Positions 1-10,600 of a stretch of 64,000 nt of DNA are shown here, piece by piece. The DNA is taken from assembly GCA_963924565.1 (NCBI GenBank), contig OZ004615.1:6758001-6822000 (forward strand), in the 5' to 3' direction. The translations under genes and the position numbers were made by a program. Position 1 is the stretch's first letter. Every line of letters begins with the position of its first letter. Origin of the DNA: Ascidiella aspersa. Its lineage: Eukaryota. The notes under the pieces were generated by a model that did no database searches, had not been told where the DNA came from, and saw only the letters and a program-made list of their open reading frames with translations.

Positions 1-311
1 TTTTTTATTTTGCCGATAATTTAATAAAGAATTGCATTTTTTTTAATACGTCACACAACTTAAATTAAATGACTTATAATTCAAAGATTATTCTCTACAT
101 TTATTGACCCACATTTTTAGATTTAACGCAACTTATATTGTATCCCAACCGAAACTTTATTAACCGGTTTTGAAATAACGACGGTCGAACCGGAGCTGAA
201 CCGGAAATTTTAAAATGCTCGAAACCAAAACCGGAACTGAACCGGATTCCGCAAAAAACCTTGAACCCGAACCGAACCTGAACCAGAAAAGTCAAACGGT
301 TCGACTCCCTG
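1..311. mobile_element. Right part of hAT-type MITE, same family as 34790-35361
   Basis: Colinear and highly similar to about 35060-35361; ends in TTCGACTCCCTG (reverse complement of the CAGGGAGTCGAA TIR); internal GAACCG repeats; truncated by the window edge. Confidence 0.85.
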
Positions 312-1032
312 CTTTAAACACCTGCCTTGCTTACGCGAACTTTTAAAACAAACCACGATTTGAATAGAATAACAGCTATCGTGTTTCCTTATCTATAGGC
401 CTATTTATTGTGAGTCAATAAATAGCAGGGAATGTCATTCAATACAACACTGTTTTATGCCATGCTATATATATATATATATTCATATTGAGCCACGCTT
501 AAGTAAATGTCCATCCCTTTGGGAAGTGGTATGCTGGATAAAGTCCCCTTTATTTCCCAAGGCTGATATTTTTGGTTAGCAGACTGCAAAACTTATTACA
601 TTGCGTAATGATATTAGGGTAGTTTTGTTAAAGGGTTTTCCCCAGATAAGGCCCTTTCAAGCACGCGCCGAGAGCCTGACATTAAACTAAAATGTTTAAG
701 CAAAACTATAGTTCCTCTTGCGCCACAGTTAGCAGCGTATATAAAGAAACAGCTGTTTTTTTCTGCCATAAGTGTTCGGGAAGGCTTGTTTGTCTTTAGC
801 TCCGATAAGCATAAAGCTAAAAGCACGTAGATTAAAACAGTGATTTAGCAGGCGTATTCGCTGAAGTACTGGATGAGATATGACTTTGTCGAATATTATT
901 TATAATAATCAGTATAGTTTTGACTTTATGAACAACTTGGTTGAAAGCGAAAAAAACTTGTTCACTTTTGGTTTAATTTACGACAAGGTGCGTGTTTTTC
1001 GCTGTCGGTGCAGCGCTTCAGACGGTTTAAAC

Positions 1033-1110
1033 CAGTGGTTCTCAAACTTTTTTAGAAAAATTGCGCAACGGTCCCTCAGCAACTTTTTAAATTGCTCGCG
1101 GTCCTTTTTT
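1033..1110. mobile_element. hAT/Charlie-like MITE end fragment
   Basis: Starts CAGTGGTTCTCAAACTTTTT, similar to the left end of 13451-14279; right end not found. Confidence 0.55.
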
Positions 1111-1505
1111 ACTACATCCTAATTACCTAAACCTCCAAAAAACATATTTGACAGACACTCTCAAACAGCAATACAACGAGCTTGCACTATGTATCACGTA
1201 CGACTGGCAAATTTGCGTTTGAATTTTTCTGTTGGTCGAAATTAAAGCCAGGACGTAGTTAAACTAGCCATACCCAATTACCCAGAGACAAAAACGGTAA
1301 GTACGACGTCGACAAAAAAAAAGCTGGGCTGTCGATTAAACACAGCCTTTTTCGATGTCGGTGAGTCTGAACAATAACTTATGGCCTTGCAACAATAGCT
1401 AATAGAATGCAGCGCCGACAGTGCGAAGTATGACAGTCGAAATTGGGTCGTTGTTGTAATGTTTTGAAGCGAAGCAAAAAATGCAGTTTGCCAATCGAAA
1501 GAGAA

Positions 1506-1758
1506 GGCGCTCTTTTACTTATGTACGTGAAAATTAATAAAAAAAAACTTTCTTCAAATGCCGCATACCACAACACATATTGTTTGGGTTAGCGTTTGGT
1601 TGAGGGTAGGTCAAGTTATTATTAATAATAAACATAATATTACTTGACCCACCCTCACCCAAACGCTAACCCTAACCCAAACAATATGCGTTGTGGTATG
1701 CGGTATTATTTTGTTTTGTTTTTTTGCAACTTTTCACGTACATAAGTAAAAGACCGCC
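1506..1758. mobile_element. Foldback MITE with 8-bp TSD
   Basis: Almost entirely palindromic (GGCGCTCTTTTACTTATGTACGTGAAAA ... TTTTCACGTACATAAGTAAAAGACCGCC); AAAGAGAA duplicated at 1498-1505 and 1759-1766; inner arms carry GGGTTAG/CTAACCC. Confidence 0.9.
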
Positions 1759-1936
1759 AAAGAGAAGTTTGGGGTGAAATGAATGTCGAGATTTAACTGA
1801 ACAATTTAATAAAGTCGCAGTTTTTTCAAACTATGTGGTAAATAGACCTAAAAATATATTGTTAATCAGATTTGAAAACATTAAGAGTGTTAAGCATCGC
1901 TTTGATTTGATATCCTGTTGAAACCTTCTCAGTAAA

Positions 1937-2001
1937 ATGGATCCTAAAACCAAAGCCAACAACGACAATCATGCCGACCAGTGCAACCCAAACAACGACA
2001 A
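1937..2001 (+). CDS. Exon 1 of 57-aa DNHxxQxNPNN-repeat microprotein (MDPKTKANNDNHADQCNPNND-K)
   Basis: ATG at 1937 just after an acceptor-like CTTCTCAG (1925-1932); GT donor at 2002, phase 2; peptide motif repeated in exon 2. Confidence 0.8.
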
Positions 2002-2564
2002 GTAGGCCCAAGCATTTCTATTTTAAGCATATAAAGTTAATGTTTTTGTCGTAATTTTTTTTTAATTCGGTACAAACAAAGATCAATTTTGTGCTCCTCA
2101 AAATGTTGCAGATCTGCCTAAATTAAGATGAATGAACAAATCAAACGAAAATATTTAAAGTAATGTGATTTGTCTAAAAGCAGTTAGACGCACAACCCAA
2201 CAGTTAGACGCACAACCCACTACATCCAGCATTGTAGCACGCACATGTGAAAACTATGGCCTGCTTTCATTTAGTCTTGTCCAAAAGACGTTTTTATAAA
2301 TTAGTAAAATGGCCAATTTAATTTTGTTTCAAACGGTTAAAATTTAACACACAAAATGCGTGACAACATCTGGTCATCCATTTAATAAAAAAAACTCAAA
2401 TGAGTGTATTTAACATTTTTATAAACTTTTCAACAGTAAAACTGTATTGGCTCGCATGAAAAAATTAAATGAAATGAAAACCCATGATTACAGATAAAAA
2501 ATGCCCTCCCCTGATTAAAATATTTATAAAAGGACAGTGACAAAAAATCTGTGATTTTCTGTAG

Positions 2565-2654
2565 GTACGAAGGTTACAGTTCCAGTTACACTGGTACTGG
2601 GGACAAAGCTGACTTGGACAATCACGGTAATCAGCTGAATCCTAATAACGAAAG
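2565..2654 (+). CDS. Exon 2 of DNHxxQxNPNN-repeat microprotein (YEGYSSSYTGTGDKADLDNHGNQLNPNNE-R)
   Basis: TTTTCTGTAG acceptor, AG|GTAAGA donor, 90-nt symmetric phase 2-2 exon, open frame carrying the second motif copy. Confidence 0.85.
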
Positions 2655-3062
2655 GTAAGAAAAGATCTCTGCTGTGCTAGTGTTTAATGCTCGCGGTTTA
2701 TTGCCTTAATAAAGCTAAAACACGGCGAATAATACTTCACAAACTTTTATTTTTCAACTTTTGGACCTTCAGCCTATATAAAGTTATCACGCCTGGTATA
2801 AAACAACTTGTGACCCCTGCTATAGAATATAAATCGTGTTCAGGCTACTGGTAAACCACAAATTTTTTATTTAAAAATACTATCATTTAGTCGCACCCTG
2901 ACCATGAAATTTCACACATTTTTAACCAAAGTTTTTTGTGATTTACACATTACCGTGATTGAGTTAATAAATATCACACATATCGCAGTCACTATAAAGC
3001 AGTACAAATCAATAACACGTCAATGTGTTGTTGTTAAAATAACATAAATAATGTCGTTGCAG

Positions 3063-3081
3063 ATACCAACCGAAGAAGTAG
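3063..3081 (+). CDS. Exon 3 of DNHxxQxNPNN-repeat microprotein (YQPKK*)
   Basis: GTTGCAG acceptor; phase 2 join restores the R-Y that parallels K-Y after the first repeat; TAG at 3079-3081. Confidence 0.7.
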
Positions 3082-3576
3082 AGATTTATACCTTCAAGGA
3101 GACTGTACTCGGTGTAAATTGTAGTTAAACAGTTTAAATGTACTTACTTGGATTTTTTTTGCTTACAACAAATTACCTTCCGACGTGTTTTTGGATTTGA
3201 GTTTTAACTAAAGGTGCGCCGCAGACAAATTTTCAAGAAATTTTAACGAACCAATCCGAAATTTCTAGTTTTGACTGTTTTACTGGTAAAAGTTTATCAA
3301 ACATGGAGCCAATCTTAAAATGTACTTTAATTTTAAAAATATTATTTAAAAAACATGTACAGCAAAAATATTACTATTGTACCATTTCTTTATCATTTTT
3401 CTTTTCAAATCTGCGGCGCATTCATTTGTTTACTCGAAAATGGCAAACGTTTAAATAAATAAACAAATTTGACACATCGACTGTTGTGACATTTCCTACT
3501 CGTAAACTTATCAGCCAAATATAAATGTTGTTTTGTGCAGTCTGGTATTAAATATTTACGTAATGTACGTTATCAC

Positions 3577-4043
3577 TAGGGCGATTATTTTTTGACTTGT
3601 CAAACAAAGTCAAAATTTACATGTTAGGTCAAAATTATTTCAAGTTAAAATCGAATAAAAATGCACATAATTGGTTTTCAAATAACAAAAAACACTTACA
3701 GTCAGCTTTTTAAAATTGTCGTTCAGTTTTCTCACAATTTGTTGTTCAATTTTATCAAAAAAATTAGTATTGATTTATGTACAACGACATTTTAACTGTA
3801 CTGTATCTTGATTAGAGCAATTTACGGTGTACGCGAGCCGGTATAATTAATCACCTTGGCTTCTCTGAATTGGACAAATGTAATTTTTTCTAAAACAACC
3901 AGCTTCTTTTTTTGTTTGGTAGTTTTAGAGTAATTTGTCTTTTTTGACAAAATATGACAAAAATATGTATTTTCTTGAGTTTTGCAGCCTATTTCTAACA
4001 GGTTAAAATTTCCTATTATATAGGTCAAAAAATAATCGCCCTA
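3577..4043. mobile_element. hAT-type MITE with perfect 8-bp TSD
   Basis: TIR TAGGGCGATTATTTTTTGAC / GTCAAAAAATAATCGCCCTA; GTTATCAC at 3569-3576 and 4044-4051. Confidence 0.92.
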
Positions 4044-5980
4044 GTTATCACATACCAAATTTTAATAACTGTTTTTAACGATCCATTAAGGCAGGGATTC
4101 TAAAAGTGTGGTAGGCGTGCAAGTTTATTTTACTGGCGTTTTTCTCACGCTTTGGATTCATTATTGTCTTTGCGCAACAAATGAAATTTTACATGGCATT
4201 GTGACGTTCGTAACCGCAACTACAATGAGGTAGTGAAGTTCGCTTTCTACCGGTAATGCGCCGAAATGTCTTTCGACTAAACTTTATTGAAGATGAAAAC
4301 ACGTTTTTTATGTTTTCATTTCATAATTTTTAAGGGTTTACGCCATATATGGAAAATAATTATCAAATAGGTATAATCTGAAGCAGCTAAAAAAGAGAAC
4401 CCTTGTCTAAAGGTAATTCCTGCTACAAGACTCCTGCAGTGCAAAACGAGTACCAGGACTAATCACATCAAGCAAAACTTGGAAAAATCTGTAGTTACTG
4501 ATGCCCAAAGCGTTTCAAGTGTAGAATTTAATATAAACTCGGTAATCACGAACGAACTACTGCCTACCGTTTCCCAATTAAGAAGAAAATTACGACCAAC
4601 CTAAAACCATTACAAATCTTTTATGACACTGGGAAAATCATAAAACAAACAACTCTAAATTAGGTAAGGCACAAGCAAAATTGCAATTGTGCTTTACATT
4701 AAAAATATATTTGCCAAATACGTAAAGCCATCTGTTTGCTCGTCACTAGATTTTTAAAAGCAATTATGGTGCAATGTATTTTCCCGCAGGAATGTAAGGC
4801 AGCATAAACGCCTGTGTCGTATTGTAGTCTGAGTAGGCCAAAGTCCCCAAACATTCACTTCTCAATTGTCATATATCGAATTACATTGCACCAAAATTTG
4901 CGAGGATCTTGCGTTATGACATTACCTCATCGGGTACAGCGCTGCCACTCTCAAAATTGAAAAACACTAGATCCGAAAAAAAAACACTAGATTGTTATTG
5001 CGACAACGAATGACCATTTTTGGCGGTTTAACATCGCTAGACGTTTAAATAACTTAAAAAATAGATTATTTTCAAGTCTGTGTGCCATAATTGCTTTATT
5101 GAAGCCACTATTTTCTAAATATAGCCTACACGAAAAGTCAAAGAATGACAAGCACTAGAAAACATTATTACAAAGCGAAATAATAAATTCTTTTCAGGCT
5201 TACCGGTGTCTTTGTACAGAACATTAAAAGGTCAATTTTGTTTGGTTGTTTTAACTTTATAACGCAAACTTGGCATATTTCTGTATATCTATCTATCAGT
5301 CTTGTCGGGTTTCAGCCAGGCTTTAAAATTATCATTATTCAACCAAATCGGTTTAAAAAGGTTGGCGATAAAAACTTGGTTTTTCGTGGTGTCACCACTT
5401 ATACAACATCCTTAAAGTTTGCTATATCCGACTATGACATCAATTGAAATGTAAAGCACAATAAAATGGTACGGTCTAGATCACAGGAGCTGAGATTGGG
5501 TTTTGGCCTTAGGGGCAGTTCTTCTATTCGCTATAAATAATTATAATTGAACCTGGGGTCCTAGCAAGGGATTGCCAGGAATTCCTCCCTAGATGCCGAC
5601 TTTTTAAAAAGTGAGTTTTCATTTTGCCAGCTAATTCGTCAGCATTATATTATACCCTAGACCTGCCTGCTCCTTTCTCTCATTCCCTCTTCCCCCTTAA
5701 TTATCTTTGTTTGGCAAGCGGTGACTAAATAGGCCCACAAAAGCCCCACATCCTACACCTATACACATTTCGTGCAGCACGGGAGCTGCAGAGCAACTTG
5801 TTATTAACAAGCATCAAGCCATCACCGATCACCTAACATAAGTGGGCTTTTCACATTTCGTTTTGGATGCCCAAAGTTGAGAACATTTTTTACAATAGTA
5901 GGGTGGGAAATAACATAAAGTATATTACTAGATTTCAAGGTTATAAAAAACAACAAGATTCTCCAAGACAACCACTAGAT

Positions 5981-6293
5981 GAGTGGTTCTCAACCTTTTT
6001 TCTTTCGTGGCCCATTTACGTTGCAAAAAAATTCTGTGGCCCAATGCATTTTTATTAAAGAAAAAACTGTAAAATAAGTTTAGAACAAAACACAGCAGAA
6101 AATATTTCAAAACAGATTATTTATTCAACCGTAGTGAGATACTTGTGGCTGAACAATCAATTTACATTCCTTTTTAATTCTTCCCCAAGCCATTATTCCT
6201 GTAAAATTAAATATAGTGACACAAATGAAACTAAATATAGCATTTTTAAATTGGTCTGTGGCCCACTTCAAATGTTCTTATGGCCCACCAGTG
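5981..6293. mobile_element. hAT/Charlie-like MITE, longer relative of 47583-47684
   Basis: Both ends match the reverse complement of 47583-47684 (AGTGGTTCTCAACCTTTTT...; AATGTTCTTATGGCCCACCAGTG); the far TIR is missing. Confidence 0.7.
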
Positions 6294-7386
6294 TTTATTG
6301 AAAAACTTGTTTCATCGACTATACGCTTGAGTGCACGATTCGTCACAGAGAAATTACAGTTTTGCTTGAGCAAAACCTTAGTTTCCACTTGAGACCGTTG
6401 CCAGTTAGGAAGCAATTAACGCAGGGCGCTTTACAACATCGAAAAATAAACTAATGTTGTAACCTGAAGGAGAAGCCTGGTGTCTAGCGGCAAGCAAATC
6501 GCACGTTTTGTTTTTTATGTAAACTTCATTAACAACAAAAATGCCTCGGTGTGTGTTTGCTATAGGCACAATAACCTAGCGTTCTTTGAACCGTGGTAAT
6601 TGCGACATTATCGATCAATCAATTTTGGATTTTCAAGCGCTTGTAATGCACAACCAATTTGCGTCTGCTTTTACGTATTTAGATGTATTTTCTCTTGTCA
6701 TATCTATAGCAATATAATTAATCTGAAGTAGACATGCACTATGCTTTTGGCCCTTGCAACATATTCGATAATCGAAATAATATTACGTAGCCTTATCCAA
6801 TATCCATGGCTGTGGAGTTGGAGTCGGACTGGGCTCTTGACTGGAGGGAATCGGTAAATTTGCCCGAGTCAGACTCGAAACTAAAAGTCGAAATCGAGTT
6901 GTTTTTACTCCGCAATTCTGACCTTATTAACTGAGACATTTCGGATCCTCTTCAGAAATCAAATAAAACTCGTAATCAAGGTAATTTCATTAAAAAATTG
7001 CACTGTGCAAAAACTGAAGAATGCAAAAAGTGTTGAAGAAACACAAGCATTGAAACGTCCACCATTATGTAGGTAAAAGCAATAAAACAGTAATACGATA
7101 TTTCGGAAAATATTTACAAATATTTTGCGGACACGAATAGCAATTATATTTGTTTGAAGCATAACGGTTGAAGGTTGTCCTGGGACGTAATACAGGGGAT
7201 GGTAACTTTTCTCAAGCTTAAGAGTTTTAATCATTCAGAACTGCGCAGTGCATGTTTTCTCGACCAACTAGTTAAAAATTCTGTCTCAGCGTAAAAACCT
7301 AAAACCCCACGGACATGGCCCTTGCGTCTTAACAAAGAAATTTAAAGGCCCGGAAAAAGACAATGAGCCCGGTTCAACGCACAGGC

Positions 7387-7610
7387 CTAGCTTTTCCGCC
7401 TTTTCGTGCGCGGAATGGCGATTGTGAGTTTCTCGAAAAGGCAGTTGCGCAGAAAGACCCGGGCGGTCTTGTACATGTGCTTGGCGGCCTTCTTGTCGGA
7501 AAGGCTGTGGTCCTGGTTTGCGTACAACACCGTGCTGATGGTTCCCACCGAAAGGTCTTGTTCAACCGACAAACGATCCAAGAGAACGGTGTGCTGAACC
7601 GGAACAACTC
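7387..7610 (-). CDS. DPP6/10: DPP6/10-like last coding exon (triad His, stop)
   Basis: VVPVQHT...LYANQDHSL...FLRNCLF...RRKS*; AAG acceptor, phase 1. Confidence 0.9.
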
Positions 7611-10600
7611 CTTTAAAAAGGGAGAACAAGATATATTTCACTTCGGGTCCAATCTATTGTCAGAATTTCACATTTTCAAGTATTAACCTTTGCATACATG
7701 GCAGCAACGTGCGCAACACACTGCCCAAGCAACATTCTCGTAAGGTTTGCGCTGAAACGTCATTTACACATGTAATTTCCAGCGAATGGCTTCAAATTGT
7801 TTCATTGATAAAGATTCGTTTTATTTAACATTAGGGTATCACCAAACACTTTTAGAGTAAAGGTGAGAAAAGCAATATATTAGAAGGAAAAATATTGCGT
7901 AAAACTATAACTAAAACAGTCTAACGATCGAAGCATACGCTAAGCGACTTGCTTCTTAAAGAAAGTAAAAAATAACTGAATTAGGTGCATGGCAATTAAT
8001 GCTAAATATTAAATCGGACAAAAGCCTACAACACCCGGTATTCCCAGGCGGTCACCCATCCAAGTACTAACCGGGCCCGACGTTGCTTAACTTCCCAGAT
8101 CGGACGAGATGGGGTGGATTCAACGTGGTATGGTCGTAGGCGAAGGACGGTGATTAGGCTTAGCCTTTATAGCGCAGGCTTCGAGCGTATGGCTTTGTGA
8201 CGACACAACGAATAAATGCGTAGCTTAAACACAAGCTTTCGCCTACGACCATACCACGTTGAATCCACCCCATCTCGTCCGATCTGGGAAGTTAAGCAAC
8301 GTCGGGCCCGGTTAGTACTTGGATGGGTGACCGCCTGGGAATACCGGGTGTTGTAGGCTTTTGATTTTTTTAGGCAGTGTATTTCTAACGAGATTGATCA
8401 CGAAAACGCTTACATTTATTTGTTAAGGGGCAAGACACTTGTGTAGTGTAGTTGTATTTTTGTGTCGCTTTGCTTAGTAAAGATAGCCGATAGGCTTTAG
8501 GCTGCCTAAAGGTTGGGACGGAATCATATTGGTAAACTTTGTTTTCGTTTTATTTGGGAAAGAATGTTCTAAATACATAAATATAAGCCATAGAACATTT
8601 CGATTGCATTTTCTTCTTAGCAAAATGTTTATCAAATTTGTTTTCAATGTTATGCGTTTTTCTTATAAAGATTATAACCTAAAAACGTTTATTTAGGGAA
8701 TATGTGACCGCATTGACCATCCTGGTGGCGAACGACCTATTGCTTGCTCAAGTTTTTCTCAATTCTTGACTAAAGTGCCCAAGTCACTGTTTTCAAATGA
8801 AAATGACTTTACTTGACTGAAGCCTTTTGGCCAAAATGACTTGATTTGACTTAAGTTTTTGAAACAAATGACTTTGGAAGCATTTTTTCTTTTAAATTAT
8901 ATTATTTCTCATAATTTTTATACATAAAACAATTTGATTGTTATACGTGTTGTTTATGATATGTTTTATTAAGATATTGCTCATAATCGGCTACGTTTAT
9001 CAGTGTTTTTTTTTGTATGACTACGACTTGAATTGAAGTTGACTTACTCCAATTATGACTTGAGTGGGACTTGATTGGACAACCGGTGACTTAGACTGGG
9101 ACTGGACTTTTGAAAGGACTTAAATTTACAACACTGCGAAATTCCCACTTACGATCTTTGAGGCCGTGAAAGACGAGCAGCCTCCGTTCGTCATCCCTTT
9201 TCAGGTCGATCTTTGCTAGTAGGTCGCTTCTCTGGTATCCGAAGGGGTTCGACAGTGGAGTGCCAAGCACCTTTTCCGCTCCGAAAGAAGCTGCAACCAA
9301 AAGTAAACATAAGTTGGCCTAAAGTGTGTATTATTTAATCATAATTGAAAAGTTTGATGCCTTTAAAGTTGAACTTTATCGGAATTTGTTTTTTTTATGT
9401 CGCATTACGCCTCATAGCACGCTTTTTTACACCCAGCGTACTTTGAAGTACAGACCTCTAGTTATTCAAGTTTTTTGCGTCAGTAACACACTTCTTTGCG
9501 AGCACGTGCCTGTGGATATAGTGGACTTCACCACCGCATTTTACTCGGGCTTGTGCTTCTACTTCGTGCATTTTAATTGCTTTCATTCTACCTTGACCTG
9601 ATGAAGCACGGTTGTGTGAAAGCTTGTCGAGAATCCAATACAATTTTTCTTTTTTACTGCCACCTGATTATCCTATCTTTAATCGTTACCCGTACCATTC
9701 AAAGGGGTGTCTCTATGCTCAGTTGGTAATGTCGCGAATGATTCTCTCGAAGTTAAAACGTGGTGCTTTTGTCCGTTTAAGCAAATGTGACCGATGTGTT
9801 CGCTGCACGAATGTTATCACGGCTTTTTTCTACTTCAGTTAATTTTGAACACGACTTCGTTCGACAACAGCTGGTTTCTTAAAATTACTTGTTTTATGAC
9901 GTAATAAAAGTTTTTTTTGGTCCATCCCAAATAAAATAACCGGATCCGCCCATGATAATGCTGGTTTCTCTGCTTATGATTTGATTTGAAACTTGCCACG
10001 AAAAAATAAGGGCTATGGCTAAAAATATGTTTCTTCCAAATTTAGTGTTATATTTTTTTCGTGACAACATTCATACATAGTGTGCTTAATTAGTCAACCG
10101 AGAACATCGAGTCCTTAGGACTTTGCTAGTTATACGTGGTCTTAATCGAGTTCCGAGTCCCGAGTGCGACTCTAGCAAAACAAACCGACGGAGTGTTCCG
10201 AGTGCGCAGCCTTGATCAGTACTGCTAATTTATCTGTTTTCACATGAATCTACTTTGCACAAACTTACTTAGACCGTGTATCACACGTTAAAACAAGTTT
10301 CGTAGACAAGCTGTAGTTTTGTAAAAAAGTTAGACGTGTTTTTCGGGCTATACTTACAGTAGAGTTTCCAGTCGACGATTGGCGCCACGGCGACGCCACA
10401 TTTGAAGGTAGGATCGCTTTGGCCCAGGGCCAGAATGGACACGAAGCCTCCGTAGCCAGTTCCTATCAGTCCAACCGTTGAAACGAGCACGCCCCACTTT
10501 GTATGCAAGTACCTGGGTGAAAAGAAAATTCGAAATTAGAACCTTATCAAATACGGCGTAATAGAAAATGTTGCACTTTAAAAACCGTTAGGAAGGTATA

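Noticed and set aside
4790-4832. Acceptor followed by NVRQHKRLCRIVV* as an alternative last exon of the microprotein
   Set aside because: Phase fits, but the nearer exon at 3063 restores the conserved Tyr of the repeat; no independent support.
7363-7686. Plus-strand ORFs overlapping DPP exons (also 11403, 14574, 16500, 18633, 21429, 22502, 23212)
   Set aside because: Antisense shadows of GC-rich coding exons.
8142-8240. Spliced-leader RNA or snRNA within the 5S spacer
   Set aside because: No leader-plus-GT donor, Sm site or recognisable snRNA sequence; the spacer is better explained as upstream promoter DNA.
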